Shown here: one piece after another, positions 19,402-27,904 of the stretch
How positions within the stretch are numbered: position 1 is the stretch's first letter
Layout: the number at the start of each line of letters is the position of its first letter
NCBI RefSeq assembly: GCF_004765795.1
Contig: NZ_SBIV01000003.1
Location: 372,001 to 436,000, forward strand
Direction of reading: 5' to 3'
Source of the DNA: Halorussus marinus
Lineage (GTDB): Archaea; Halobacteriota; Halobacteria; Halobacteriales; Haladaptataceae
Length of the DNA stretch: 64,000 nucleotides
Position numbers and translations under genes: made by a program
The notes under the pieces: generated by a model
Database searches by the model: none
Seen by the model: the letters and a program-made list of their open reading frames with translations, nothing else
Told to the model about the DNA's origin: nothing

Positions 19402-19610
19402 CGCGGGGTTATCTCCACGCGCCACTCGTCGGGCGCGAGCCGTTCGGTGTCGTGGTCGAACCCCCGCTCGTCGAGCACCGCGTAGAGGGGTTCGGGCTCG
19501 AAGCTGTTCACCACCACCAGCGTCTCGTCGTCGCCGAGGTCGGCGAGCGCCTCGGTGATCGCCCCGAACGGCTCGCCGCCGAGTTCGCGGGCGTCGAGGG
19601 TCCGCGTCAT
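19398..19610 (-). CDS. DUF2249 protein
   Basis: LDARELGGEPF...NSFEPEPLY. Confidence 0.85.
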   Translation of the reverse strand: MTRTLDARELGGEPFGAITEALADLGDDETLVVVNSFEPEPLYAVLDERGFDHDTERLAPDEWRVEITPR

Positions 19611-19648
19611 GTGTGTATGTCGGCGGGCCGTTTCGGTAGCGGTTCCCC

Positions 19649-19660
19649 CGAAGATGTTCG
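19649..19660. promoter_or_regulatory. CGAA-N4-TTCG operator
   Basis: CGAAGATGTTCG, 39 nt upstream of the 19610 start. Confidence 0.8.
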
Positions 19661-19695
19661 ACTCCCCCGGCCGACGACAGATTCGAGACGCGGTC

Positions 19696-20244
19696 TCAGG
19701 CCCGCGTGCGCCGCGGAGGCTCTGGCGTCGCGCGAACGTAGAGCGCGACGTTGAGCGCCACGCCGCCGAGGAACAGGCCCCAGTTGACCCACGGGTTGTT
19801 GTACCACACGAGGTCGATGCCGAGCGTCTGGGCGTACACCGGCCAGAACGGTTCGATCCCCTCCGAGATGTCCGGCGCCGAGAGGATGTCGGCGAAGACG
19901 TGGGCGACGCCCGCCACGAACACCATCACGACGCCGAGCGAGAGCGCGTCGTCGGCCGCCGCGTCCGAGAACCACGTCGACCCGCCGAGGACCTTTTTCA
20001 ACACGTACCCGACGATCGGACCGACGACCGCCGCCATGATCCCGACCGCCAGCACCGTGTGGAAGATCCCGTGGTGTTTGACCGTCCCGATCGTGTTCGC
20101 GAGCACGAGGTCGACGTCGGGTAGCATGCCGAACCAGAACCCGACGCCGACGAACGTCGCCGCGGTCTTGCGCGCGTCGATCACTAACCACGCGGGCGCG
20201 AGCCAGATGAGCGCCATACCGAGGTGTCCGAGTACGTCGACCAT
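19696..20244 (-). CDS. Membrane-bound metal-dependent hydrolase (YdjM-like)
   Basis: GH, LPDVD, HHGIFH, HVFAD motifs. Confidence 0.85.
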   Translation of the reverse strand: MVDVLGHLGMALIWLAPAWLVIDARKTAATFVGVGFWFGMLPDVDLVLANTIGTVKHHGIFHTVLAVGIMAAVVGPIVGYVLKKVLGGSTWFSDAAADDALSLGVVMVFVAGVAHVFADILSAPDISEGIEPFWPVYAQTLGIDLVWYNNPWVNWGLFLGGVALNVALYVRATPEPPRRTRA

Positions 20245-20330
20245 GAGACGAACCTCGACGCGTCTCCGTAAGTCGCTGGTGGCGGATCTCCTCGCGACGG
20301 CGGTCCTGCCGGGAGCCGACCGCCGCCCGA

Positions 20331-20888
20331 TCAGAACGGCGTCGCGGGATCGCCCTCGTCGTCGGTCCCGTCCCGGGGGTCGTCGTCGTGGAGCGACCCG
20401 TCCTCGCGGTAGCGGCGTTCGAGGCTCCGGAGCTTCTCGTTGATCCGGGCGCTGTCGTGGTGGAGCGGCGCGACCGCGACCGAGACGCGGTCGTACTCGT
20501 GGCGGTCGGCGAGGCCGTTCCACGCGCGAAACGACCCCACGGTGAGGCTGTCGCTCTGGGGACAGAACTCCGTGGTCGGGGTGAACTCCGCGAGCAACGT
20601 GGCCGGGTCGTCGGGCGCCTCGGCGTATCGGAACCCCGCGTCGGGGTGGCGGGTGTCGAGGTTCAGGCGCGCGAGGTTGTACCCGAACGTCGCGTCGTAC
20701 ACCCCCCGATCCTCGAATATCTCGCGGGTGAGCCGGTGGAACCCGACGTGGTCGTCGCCGGTAAGCACGTCGGCGCCGTCGAGGAACGGCCCCGGCTCGG
20801 GGATTGTCTCGGGGACGAACTCGTCGTACTCGTCGAAGGTCGCGTCGTCGGCGTCCGCCGACGCGAACGGGCGCGGAAATCCGACCAT
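20331..20888 (-). CDS. Conserved hypothetical protein (TTEFCP motif, possibly SufT/PaaD-like)
   Basis: Acidic haloarchaeal composition; operator 39 nt upstream. Confidence 0.7.
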   Translation of the reverse strand: MVGFPRPFASADADDATFDEYDEFVPETIPEPGPFLDGADVLTGDDHVGFHRLTREIFEDRGVYDATFGYNLARLNLDTRHPDAGFRYAEAPDDPATLLAEFTPTTEFCPQSDSLTVGSFRAWNGLADRHEYDRVSVAVAPLHHDSARINEKLRSLERRYREDGSLHDDDPRDGTDDEGDPATPF

Positions 20889-20926
20889 ACCCTATCGTTG
20901 GGTCGGCGCCGGGGTAGCCGTGGCCC

Positions 20927-20963
20927 CGAACGTGTTCGTCCGGCGCGCTCGCGAACGTGTTCG
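20927..20963. promoter_or_regulatory. Two CGAACGTGTTCG operators in a divergent promoter
   Basis: Identical copies at 20927-20938 and 20952-20963. Confidence 0.85.
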
Positions 20964-21042
20964 TGCGATTTTCACGGGCTGGGAATCGGAGCCAGCGGTA
21001 TTTATAGCCCATTCCAAAGTGCGAACACAGGTGACGACTCCG

Positions 21043-21558
21043 ATGGAACGAGACACATTCGACCGGCGGACCGTACTGAAGATGACTGCGGCGGGCGCGA
21101 CCGCGACCGCCCTCGCGGGCTGTTCGAGCGATAGCGGTTCGGGCGGCGGCGGTGGCGACGAGACCGAGAGCGACGGATCCGGCGACGAGTCGGGCGACGG
21201 CGGCTCGGACTCCTACGAGTTCGACGGCTGGTTCGACGACACGAGCAACTTCGACGGCGTCGTCGACGAGACCGGTTCCGACGAGGTCACCGTCGAAGTC
21301 GGCGTCGACGCCAACGGCGGCGCGTTCGGGTTCGGGCCCGCCGCGGTCGCGGTGTCGCCGGGGACCACCGTCGTCTGGGAGTGGACCGGGAAGGGAAGCT
21401 TCCACAACGTGGTCGCCGAGAACGGCGACTTCGAGAGCGAACAGACCGACGAGGAAGGGTTCACCTTCGAGCACACCTTCGAGAGCGCCGGCACGTACAA
21501 GTACATCTGCTCGCCCCACGAGACGATGGGAATGGTGGGCGCAATCGTCGTGGAGTAA
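21043..21558 (+). CDS. Halocyanin (blue copper lipoprotein)
   Basis: DRR Tat signal, LAGC lipobox, HNV and YICSPHETMGM copper site. Confidence 0.92.
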   Translation: MERDTFDRRTVLKMTAAGATATALAGCSSDSGSGGGGGDETESDGSGDESGDGGSDSYEFDGWFDDTSNFDGVVDETGSDEVTVEVGVDANGGAFGFGPAAVAVSPGTTVVWEWTGKGSFHNVVAENGDFESEQTDEEGFTFEHTFESAGTYKYICSPHETMGMVGAIVVE

Positions 21559-21564
21559 TCGCGG

Positions 21565-22653
21565 ATGTCCGAGTCAGCCAGCCGGTCGGGCGGTCCGCCG
21601 TCGCGAGTCGACACCGCGAGTCGGCCGTTCGTCCTCATCTGGGAGCTGACGCAGGCCTGCGATCTGACGTGCGAGCACTGCCGGGCCGACGCCCAGACCG
21701 ACCGCCACCCCGACGAGCTCTCGACCGCCGAGGGCAAGGCGCTGCTCGACGACGTCCGGGAGTTCGGCGAGGACCAACTGGTGGTGTTCTCCGGGGGCGA
21801 CCCCCTGAAGCGCGACGACGCCGTCGAACTCGTGGAGTACGGCACCGACGTCGGGCTCACGGTCACGATGACCCCGAGCGGGACCGCCTCGCTGTCGGCC
21901 GACGCCGTCTCGGACCTCGCGGACGCGGGCCTGCGCCGGATGGCGGTCAGCGTCGACGGCGCGACCGCCGAGAGCCACGACGCGTTCCGCGGCGAGGAGG
22001 GCAGTTACGAGGAGACGATGGAGGCCGCGCTGGCCGCCCGCGAGGCGGGACTGCCCCTGCAGATCAACACCACCGTCTGTCGCCAGACGATCTCGGATCT
22101 GCCGGACATCGCCGACCTCGTGGCGGACCTCGGCGCGGTGCTCTGGAGCGTCTTCTTCCTCGTGCCCGTCGGTCGCGGGGCGGCCCTCGATGCCGTCTCG
22201 CCCGAGCGGGCCGAGCGCGTGATGGAGTGGCTGGTCGAGGAAGGCGAGGAGTGGCCGTTCGGCGTCAAGACCACCGAGGCGCCCCACTACCGGCGGGTGT
22301 CGGTCCAGCAGACCGACGCCCCGCCACGCCGCCAGATGGGGATCACCGCGGGCGACGGCTTCGCGTTCGTGAGCCACCGCGGCGAAGTGTTCCCCTCGGG
22401 ATTCTTGCCCGAGTCGGCCGGCAACGTCCGCGAGCGGTCGGTCACCGACATCTATCGGAACGCCGACCTCTTCGCGTCGCTCCGGGACAAAGACGGGCTG
22501 AAGGGCAAGTGCGGGGCCTGCCAGTTCCGGAACGTCTGTGGCGGGAGTCGCTCGCGGGCCTACGCCGCCACCGGCGATCCGCTGGAGAGCGACCCGCTGT
22601 GTGCGTTCGTCCCGGACGGCTACGACGGACCGCTCCCGTGGGAGGGCGAGTGA
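21565..22653 (+). CDS. Radical SAM/SPASM protein (NirJ/AhbD-related)
   Basis: CDLTCEHC; C-terminal CGACQFRNVCGGSRSRA. Confidence 0.88.
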   Translation: MSESASRSGGPPSRVDTASRPFVLIWELTQACDLTCEHCRADAQTDRHPDELSTAEGKALLDDVREFGEDQLVVFSGGDPLKRDDAVELVEYGTDVGLTVTMTPSGTASLSADAVSDLADAGLRRMAVSVDGATAESHDAFRGEEGSYEETMEAALAAREAGLPLQINTTVCRQTISDLPDIADLVADLGAVLWSVFFLVPVGRGAALDAVSPERAERVMEWLVEEGEEWPFGVKTTEAPHYRRVSVQQTDAPPRRQMGITAGDGFAFVSHRGEVFPSGFLPESAGNVRERSVTDIYRNADLFASLRDKDGLKGKCGACQFRNVCGGSRSRAYAATGDPLESDPLCAFVPDGYDGPLPWEGE

Positions 22654-22669
22654 GATGGCGACGAACGGC

Positions 22670-22681
22670 CGAACGCGTTCG
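22670..22681. promoter_or_regulatory. CGAA-N4-TTCG operator
   Basis: CGAACGCGTTCG, 40 nt upstream of GTG 22721. Confidence 0.8.
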
Positions 22682-22720
22682 GGACAGGCGATTCGGGCGA
22701 CCGAAGCCAACCCCTCGACC

Positions 22721-23017
22721 GTGACCGACGCCGTCGAGCGCGATCCGACCGCCGAGTCCGACGCGGCCGACCGCGAGGCGTCGGACCCCGAGGCGGTCGC
22801 CGACCGGCTCAGAGAGCGCGGCGACAGCGTCCGGGAGCGCGAACTCGCCGCCGCGCTCGACCGGCTCGAAGCGGCCGGCGAGCTGTCGGCGGCCCAGCGG
22901 GACGCGGTCGACCGACTCTCCGCCCGGCTCGCCGACGCACTGGTCGAACAGTGGGCGTCGACCGTCGCGGCCGAGCGCGTCGACCCGTCGGTCGCGCGCG
23001 ACCTGCTCGAACCATGA
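22721..23017 (+). CDS. Stand-alone glutamyl-tRNA reductase dimerisation-domain-like protein
   Basis: LRERGDSVRERELAAALDRL...AVDRLSARLADAL resembles the HemA C-terminus; ATGA coupling to the next gene. Confidence 0.6.
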   Translation: MTDAVERDPTAESDAADREASDPEAVADRLRERGDSVRERELAAALDRLEAAGELSAAQRDAVDRLSARLADALVEQWASTVAAERVDPSVARDLLEP

Positions 23018-24309
23018 GGGTCGGGGTCGTCGGCGGCGGCGTCACCGGACTCGCGGCCCACCACTTCCTCCGCGAGCAGGGGGTCGACAGCGTCCTCTTC
23101 GAGGCCGACGACGAGCCCGGCGGCGTGATCCGGAGCCGGCGGGTCGACGGCCGGGTGCTCGATCTCGGCCCCCAGCGCACCAGACTCACCCCGAGCATCG
23201 CCGCGCTGGTCGAGTCGCTCGGGCTCGGCGACGAACTCCGGGAGGCCGACGACCTCCCGCTGTACGTCTACCGCGACGGTCGGCTCCGACTGGTTCCCCA
23301 GACGCCCCGGGAGGCGGTCGCGACCGACCTGCTGTCGTGGCGCGGGAAGCTCCGGGCGCTGTTCGAACCGCTCACCACCGCGGCGCGACCCGACGAGAGC
23401 GTCGAGGCGTACCTGACCCGGAAGTTCGGCTCGGAGGTCGCACGCTACTACTTCGGGCCGCTGTACGGCGGCCTCTACGGCACCCACCCCGACGAGATGC
23501 CGATGCGCCACTCGCTGTCGCGGGCGCTCGACTCGGCCGGCATCGAGGGAAGCGTCCTGACCTCGGTCGCCAAGAAGGTGCTCGAAGGCCGGGAGGCGCC
23601 GCCGATCGCGTCGTTCGACGGCGGGCTCCAGCGGCTCCCCGAGGCGCTGTACGCCGACAACGACGACACGGCGCACCTGAACACGCCCGTCGAGGCGATC
23701 GGGCGCGCCGGCGAGCGGTTCGTCCTCGAAACGCCGGACGGCGACGAGCGTTTCGACGAACTGGTCGTCACGACGCCCGCGGGCGTGACCGCCGGCCTCG
23801 TGGCGGAGTTCGCGCCCGAGGCGGCCGACGCCCTCCGGGAGTTCACCTACAATCCGCAGGCGGTCGTCCACCTCGCCGCGGACGCCGACCTGACCGGCGC
23901 CGGCTATCAGGTCCAGTACGACGAGGACCTCCGGACGCTCGGGACGACGTGGAACGACAGCCTGCTCGACCGCGAGGGGGTGTACACCTGCTATCTCGGC
24001 GGCGGGTACGACCCCGAGGTGGTCGAGTGGGACGACGATCGGCTCGGCTCCGTGGCGGCTCGGGAGTTCGAGGCGGTGACGGGCCACGGGGCCCGCGTCC
24101 TGTCGGTCCACCGGTGGGAGCTGGGCATGCCGGCCTACGACCGGAGCTGGGCGGCGTTAGACCGGCTCTCGACGCCGGTCGGCCTCCACCTCTGTACCAA
24201 CTACACCGCTCGGGCCGGGATTCCGGGCCGGATCCGGGAGGCAAAGAAGATCGCCGACCGGCTGGCCGACTGCGCCGAGTCGACGGCTACCCCTCCGCGT
24301 ACTGCTTGA
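23014..24309 (+). CDS. hemY: Protoporphyrinogen/coproporphyrinogen oxidase (HemY family)
   Basis: VVGGGVTGL FAD motif, GGVIRS, DLGP, SFDGGLQRL, RWELGMPAY. Confidence 0.88.
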   Translation: MRVGVVGGGVTGLAAHHFLREQGVDSVLFEADDEPGGVIRSRRVDGRVLDLGPQRTRLTPSIAALVESLGLGDELREADDLPLYVYRDGRLRLVPQTPREAVATDLLSWRGKLRALFEPLTTAARPDESVEAYLTRKFGSEVARYYFGPLYGGLYGTHPDEMPMRHSLSRALDSAGIEGSVLTSVAKKVLEGREAPPIASFDGGLQRLPEALYADNDDTAHLNTPVEAIGRAGERFVLETPDGDERFDELVVTTPAGVTAGLVAEFAPEAADALREFTYNPQAVVHLAADADLTGAGYQVQYDEDLRTLGTTWNDSLLDREGVYTCYLGGGYDPEVVEWDDDRLGSVAAREFEAVTGHGARVLSVHRWELGMPAYDRSWAALDRLSTPVGLHLCTNYTARAGIPGRIREAKKIADRLADCAESTATPPRTA

Positions 24310-24910
24310 TTATCTTCTCCTCGACGCGGTGGAGCGTCTCGCTCGCGGTCGACTTCGCCACGCCGGCCCGGTCGGCCAGCTCCGTCAGCGAGCACTCCCG
24401 CGGGGTGTCGTAGTAGCCGGCCTCGACCGCCGCGTCGAGCAGTTCGTGCTGGCGGTCGGTCAGCAGGCTCTCGGAGTCGACCATCTCGCGGATGTACTCG
24501 ACGTCGAAGCGCATCCCGAACGACTCCAGTTGGGTCGTGAACGCCGAGAGCCGGTCGCGCGAGGCGGTGAGCTCGACGGTCGCCTCGCCGTCCCGGATGG
24601 TGAACGGGAGTTCGAGCGGCATCGCCGACTCTCGGACGGTCAACAGCAAAAGCGGCGCGGTGGTCTCGAACTCGACCAGCGCGGTCCCCTCCGACACCTG
24701 GTGGAGGTCGAGGCTCACGATCTCGTCGTGGCGCTCGATGTCACCGACCACCGTGGGCAGGTCTGGCCCCGCCAGTTCGAGGAGCCCGACACCGGTGTCG
24801 TCGGCGGGGAACGCGGCCAGCACGCGGAAGTCTGTCTCGGGGTGGGCGGTCGATACCTCGTGGATCCAGACGCCGTCGGGGAGCGTGATGTGGAGCTTGG
24901 CGGTCGGCAT
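24287..24910 (-). CDS. Bat/HTH-10 family transcriptional activator
   Basis: LTDRQHELL.AAVEAGYYDTPR.CSLTELA...STASETLHRVE. Confidence 0.9.
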   Translation of the reverse strand: MPTAKLHITLPDGVWIHEVSTAHPETDFRVLAAFPADDTGVGLLELAGPDLPTVVGDIERHDEIVSLDLHQVSEGTALVEFETTAPLLLLTVRESAMPLELPFTIRDGEATVELTASRDRLSAFTTQLESFGMRFDVEYIREMVDSESLLTDRQHELLDAAVEAGYYDTPRECSLTELADRAGVAKSTASETLHRVEEKIIKQYAEG

Positions 24911-24950
24911 CGTACGTACCGTTCTCGGCCGACCGACCCGTAAGTGTTTC

Positions 24951-24984
24951 CGAACATGTTCGGCAACGTCGCCGAACGTGTTCG
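24951..24984. promoter_or_regulatory. Two CGAA-N4-TTCG operators between the regulator and a divergent DUF2249 gene
   Basis: CGAACATGTTCG at 24951 and CGAACGTGTTCG at 24973. Confidence 0.85.
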
Positions 24985-25022
24985 GGGAAAGCGTGGTGGG
25001 GCGCGCCCGCGAACGTCGAAAC

Positions 25023-25307
25023 ATGGCCTCGAAACCCACCGACACGGCGGCGCGAGCAGTCGACCGGGCCGGCGTTCCGACCGACCGGCCGCGTCGCACG
25101 CTCGACGTGCGCGCGGCCGGCCCGCCCAAGCCCCTCTCGGAGACGCTGGAGACGCTGGCCGACCTCGAAGAGGAGGCGGTGTTGATCCAGCGCAACGATC
25201 GGGCGCCCCAGCACCTCTATCCGAAGCTGACCGACAGGGGGTACGAGTACGAGACGATCGAGGGCGACGAGGAGGTGGTGACCGCCATCTGGCGGCCCGA
25301 CGCGTAG
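25023..25307 (+). CDS. DUF2249 protein
   Basis: LDVRAAGPPKPL...NDRAPQHLYPKL. Confidence 0.85.
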   Translation: MASKPTDTAARAVDRAGVPTDRPRRTLDVRAAGPPKPLSETLETLADLEEEAVLIQRNDRAPQHLYPKLTDRGYEYETIEGDEEVVTAIWRPDA

Positions 25308-25310
25308 CGA

Positions 25311-25739
25311 CTACTCGTCGATGTTGACGGTGAGCACCGGCACCGACGACAGCGTAACGACCTTCTGAGAGACGCTCCCGAGCATGTCGCGGGTCGGATC
25401 CGCGCCGTGGGTGCCCATCACCACGAGGTCGGCGTCGTTGTCGTCGGCGGCCGCGAGGATCTCGTCGGCGGGGTTGCCCTCTCGGACCGCGGTCGTGACG
25501 TCGACGCCGTCGGCTTCGAGCGCCGCCGCGGCCTCGCCGGTCGCGCGCTCGCCCTCGTTGCGGAGCTCTTCGCTGACCTCCGGCACGCGGTCTTCCGAGA
25601 GGGTGAGAAACGCGCGGTCGTCGACGACGTAGAGGACGTGGACTCGGGCGTCTCGCCGGGCGGCGATGTCGCTTGCGTGTTCGACGACGTTCTCCGTTGC
25701 TTCGCTCCCGTCGGTCGGGAGCAACACGGTGTCGTACAT
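25311..25739 (-). CDS. Universal stress protein
   Basis: YDTVLLPTDGS, DLVVMGTHG, LGSVSQKVV. Confidence 0.92.
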   Translation of the reverse strand: MYDTVLLPTDGSEATENVVEHASDIAARRDARVHVLYVVDDRAFLTLSEDRVPEVSEELRNEGERATGEAAAALEADGVDVTTAVREGNPADEILAAADDNDADLVVMGTHGADPTRDMLGSVSQKVVTLSSVPVLTVNIDE

Positions 25740-25950
25740 GTCTCTACTCGACAGTTGACGAGCGCCACGTAAATAAGACACCGTAATTCCCGCCGGGCGA
25801 AAACCCCCGTCTGACCGGAGTCTCGCCCGACGTTGCCATCGTTCCGATCGCGAAACGACGCTCGAAACGGTCGCAACGATCTGCAACAATCTCCCATTGC
25901 TTAGTCGCGGAGTTGACTAGGCCTAGTCGAATTTGGCCCTCTCAAAGACT

Positions 25951-26310
25951 ATGTCCGACACAACCGTGCTGGTCGTCGACGACGACCGACCGCTGGCAGA
26001 CGGCTTCACCGCTCACCTCTCGTCGCACTTCGAGGTACGAACCGCATACACCGGCGAGGCGGCGCTCGAGCGCCTCGACGAAGCGGTCGACGTGGTGCTT
26101 TTAGACCGGGGGTTGCCCGACACTCGCGGCGACGCGGTGCTCGAAGCGATCCGGGCGAGCGACGTCGACTGTCGAATCGCGATGGTCTCGGGCGAACAGC
26201 CGTCTGCGGACCTCGACTGCGACGCCTACCTCACCAAACCCCTCTCGGGGGTCGACGCGCTGTCGGCCACCGTGACCGAACTGGTCGACGGCTCGGACAC
26301 CTCGCGGTGA
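25951..26310 (+). CDS. Stand-alone response regulator receiver
   Basis: VLVVDDD, VVLLDRGLP, YLTKP. Confidence 0.88.
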   Translation: MSDTTVLVVDDDRPLADGFTAHLSSHFEVRTAYTGEAALERLDEAVDVVLLDRGLPDTRGDAVLEAIRASDVDCRIAMVSGEQPSADLDCDAYLTKPLSGVDALSATVTELVDGSDTSR

Positions 26311-26372
26311 GTCGGTCGGACCGGGCCGAATCTACACGAATCCTTTTGTTGCTGGTCGGAGTAGCCCTTTGC

Positions 26373-27050
26373 ATGCGATTTGTTATCGTGGGTGCCGGCC
26401 GCGTCGGTCTGCGGACCGCTCGCATCCTCCAGGAGGAAGGCCACGAGGTCACCGTGATCGAGAACGACGCCGAGAAGGCCGACCGTGCGCGCTCGGAGGG
26501 CTTTTTCGTCGTGGAGGGCGACGGCGCCGGCGAGGAGATGTTCGAACAGGCCGACCCCGAAAGCGCCGACGCGGTCGGGGCGCTGACCGGCGACCTCAAC
26601 GTCAACTTCGCGGCGTGCATGCTCGGCAAACACTACGGCTGTCGCACCGTGATGCGGATCGACGAGGACTACCGGGGCGACATCTACCACAAGTTCGCAG
26701 ACGACGTCGACGAGGTGGTCTACCCCGAGCGACTCGGCGCGGCCGGCGCGAAGACAGCCCTGCTCGGGGGCAACTTCAGCGTCATCGCCGACCTGACCGC
26801 GGCGCTCCAGTTGACGACGCTCACCGTCCCCGACGAGTCGCCGATCGTGGGCCGGCGGGTCACCTCGATCGACCTCCCCGAGGACGTCCGGATCTACGCC
26901 CACGGCCGCGCCCACGAGCGGATGACGATCCCGCTCCCCCAGACCACCGTCGAAGGCGGCGACAAACTGGCGGTGATCGCCGAGCGCGAGGCGGTGCCCG
27001 AGGCCCGTCGACTGCTACAGGGCGACGGCGCCGCGGCTTCCGAGTCGTGA
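26373..27050 (+). CDS. trkA: TrkA family K+ uptake regulatory (RCK) protein
   Basis: IVGAGRVG, VEGDG, TGDLNVN, TrkA-C domain. Confidence 0.88.
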   Translation: MRFVIVGAGRVGLRTARILQEEGHEVTVIENDAEKADRARSEGFFVVEGDGAGEEMFEQADPESADAVGALTGDLNVNFAACMLGKHYGCRTVMRIDEDYRGDIYHKFADDVDEVVYPERLGAAGAKTALLGGNFSVIADLTAALQLTTLTVPDESPIVGRRVTSIDLPEDVRIYAHGRAHERMTIPLPQTTVEGGDKLAVIAEREAVPEARRLLQGDGAAASES

Positions 27051-27371
27051 AAAACGTGGAGGAAATGGGCAGTGCGGGGTCGTGGCGGGCGATCGAGACG
27101 AGAACTTTCGTGGGAGGGTTGGTGACACAGTGGCGAGAGGCCAGCTCGCCGCCAGCGCCTCCGGCACCGTCGAGGTCGCCCGACCGGGAGACTGCTGCAC
27201 GCTTGCGCCCGAACCGCCGGGCGCGTCTCCTGCTATGGCGAGTTCGGACTTTGTTATGTGGACGCTGTCGCCGGCGTAGGCGGCGTCTGTCGCTCGACTC
27301 GCCGGTCTCAGCGCTCGCGTAGCCCTCGCGTAACTCGGTATTACGTGAGTCTAACGCGGAGTAGCGGACGC

Positions 27372-27460
27372 GAAAGGTGTGGGGAGAGGGTGTGGGGAGT
27401 GTGGTGTGCCGGGCGCGCGGGTGGGAGGATGGGGAGAGAGGCCGTCAGTGCGCGCCCGGT
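27372..27460 (-). ncRNA. Candidate small RNA (hairpin with C/U-rich loop)
   Basis: TTTTAAG box at 27488-27482, 10-bp stem 27409-18/27450-59, pyrimidine-rich tail, no ORF. Confidence 0.4.
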
Positions 27461-27562
27461 GGGGCGTGTGTCCGGCTCTGACTTAAAAGTGCGTCAGACG
27501 CACCGGACCGGCGGCGCGACCGGCACCGAACGCTTTTCAGTCGTCGGCGAGACTCCGCGTCC

Positions 27563-27859
27563 GTGGACGCGAACGTACTCGTCACCGGCGCGATCGGAGT
27601 CCTGCTGGTCGCGGCCGGCGCGGGCGTCGCTCGCGGTCGGCTCGACCTCCTGGCGAACTACCAGCCCGGCGCGGTCGACGACGAGCGTCGAGTCGCGCGG
27701 ATCGCCGGCGGGACGATCGTCGGCTACGGGGTCGCGACCGGACTGCTCGCGGTCCGGCTCCGGGCCGGCGGGAGCGCCGACGCCTGGTGGCTCGGGTGGA
27801 CGCTGGTGACGCTCGCCGTCGCGTTCGGCGTCGCGGCGGTCGCGTCGGGGCGAGCCTGA
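27563..27859 (+). CDS. Small membrane protein (DUF3784-like)
   Basis: Three TM segments; GRLDLLANY. Confidence 0.65.
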   Translation: MDANVLVTGAIGVLLVAAGAGVARGRLDLLANYQPGAVDDERRVARIAGGTIVGYGVATGLLAVRLRAGGSADAWWLGWTLVTLAVAFGVAAVASGRA

Positions 27860-27904
27860 CCGCCGGGCGCTCACTTTCAAGTCCGTCCCCGTCGTCGACC
27901 GGGT

